DNA of 64,000 nucleotides from Diadema antillarum (taxonomy: Eukaryota). Below are positions 63,680 through 64,000 of this stretch, piece after piece (the first letter of the stretch is position 1; the number at the start of each line of letters is the position of its first letter). The position numbers and the translations under genes were made by a program. The DNA is taken from positions 434,001 through 498,000 of the forward strand of contig NW_027271018.1 of NCBI RefSeq assembly GCF_040938485.1. Direction: 5' to 3'. Below the pieces are notes generated by a model, which worked only from the letters and a program-made list of their open reading frames with translations, ran no database searches and was not told where the DNA came from.

Positions 63680-64000
63680 CTAGACATGATAATTACTACT
63701 TGGGGAAGGGCAGTTGAAGTATTTGCAGGTATTCCAACATTGACACGAAAGTAAATACGAAAGGTGCCTTGACCATCAATTTCATTTCGCGATCTCTTTA
63801 TTTTCAGTTTAGAAAAAGCACATAAAAATGCATCTGCAGCAAAATTGCAAAAGAAAGAAGTATGATATTAGCAAAAACTGATAATGTGCCTATCAATACG
63901 GAAAGCTATATTATAGAAATGTCAAGAAAAAAATTACAACATGACACATATCATAGAATCTATTCAAGTGTAAGCCACTTTCATGATTGCATTAAGTAGA

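Overview
AT-rich, intron-rich animal genomic DNA from a draft assembly with five N gaps; the repeat content suggests a marine invertebrate such as an echinoderm (inference). There are no prokaryotic features and no CRISPR array. Genes were assembled by hand from splice sites and reading-frame phase. (1) The 5' five exons of a clan-2 cytochrome P450 (CYP17A-like) lie on the minus strand, and its 3' half is not in the window. (2) Two complete, tandem, co-oriented and strongly diverged TRPC-like cation channel genes lie on the plus strand (11812-29144, 17 coding exons, about 892 aa; 33539-48992, 16 coding exons, about 830 aa). (3) The first coding exon of a RERG/RASL11/12-like small GTPase lies at 57805-57904. 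Mobile DNA comprises two Penelope-like retroelement remnants, a 5'-truncated RTE-X-like LINE with an open RT frame, several MITE families, a 48/47-bp dimeric satellite interrupted by an 88-bp MITE, and a tRNA-like cloverleaf. The best candidate for an undescribed system is the divergent TRPC-like pair. Both lack the TRPC zinc motif, their pore segments differ from each other, and they share a C-terminal motif (LxLLMASM..[EG]GRT..D...V...LE.YR) that I do not recognise from characterised TRP channels. No database searches were run.
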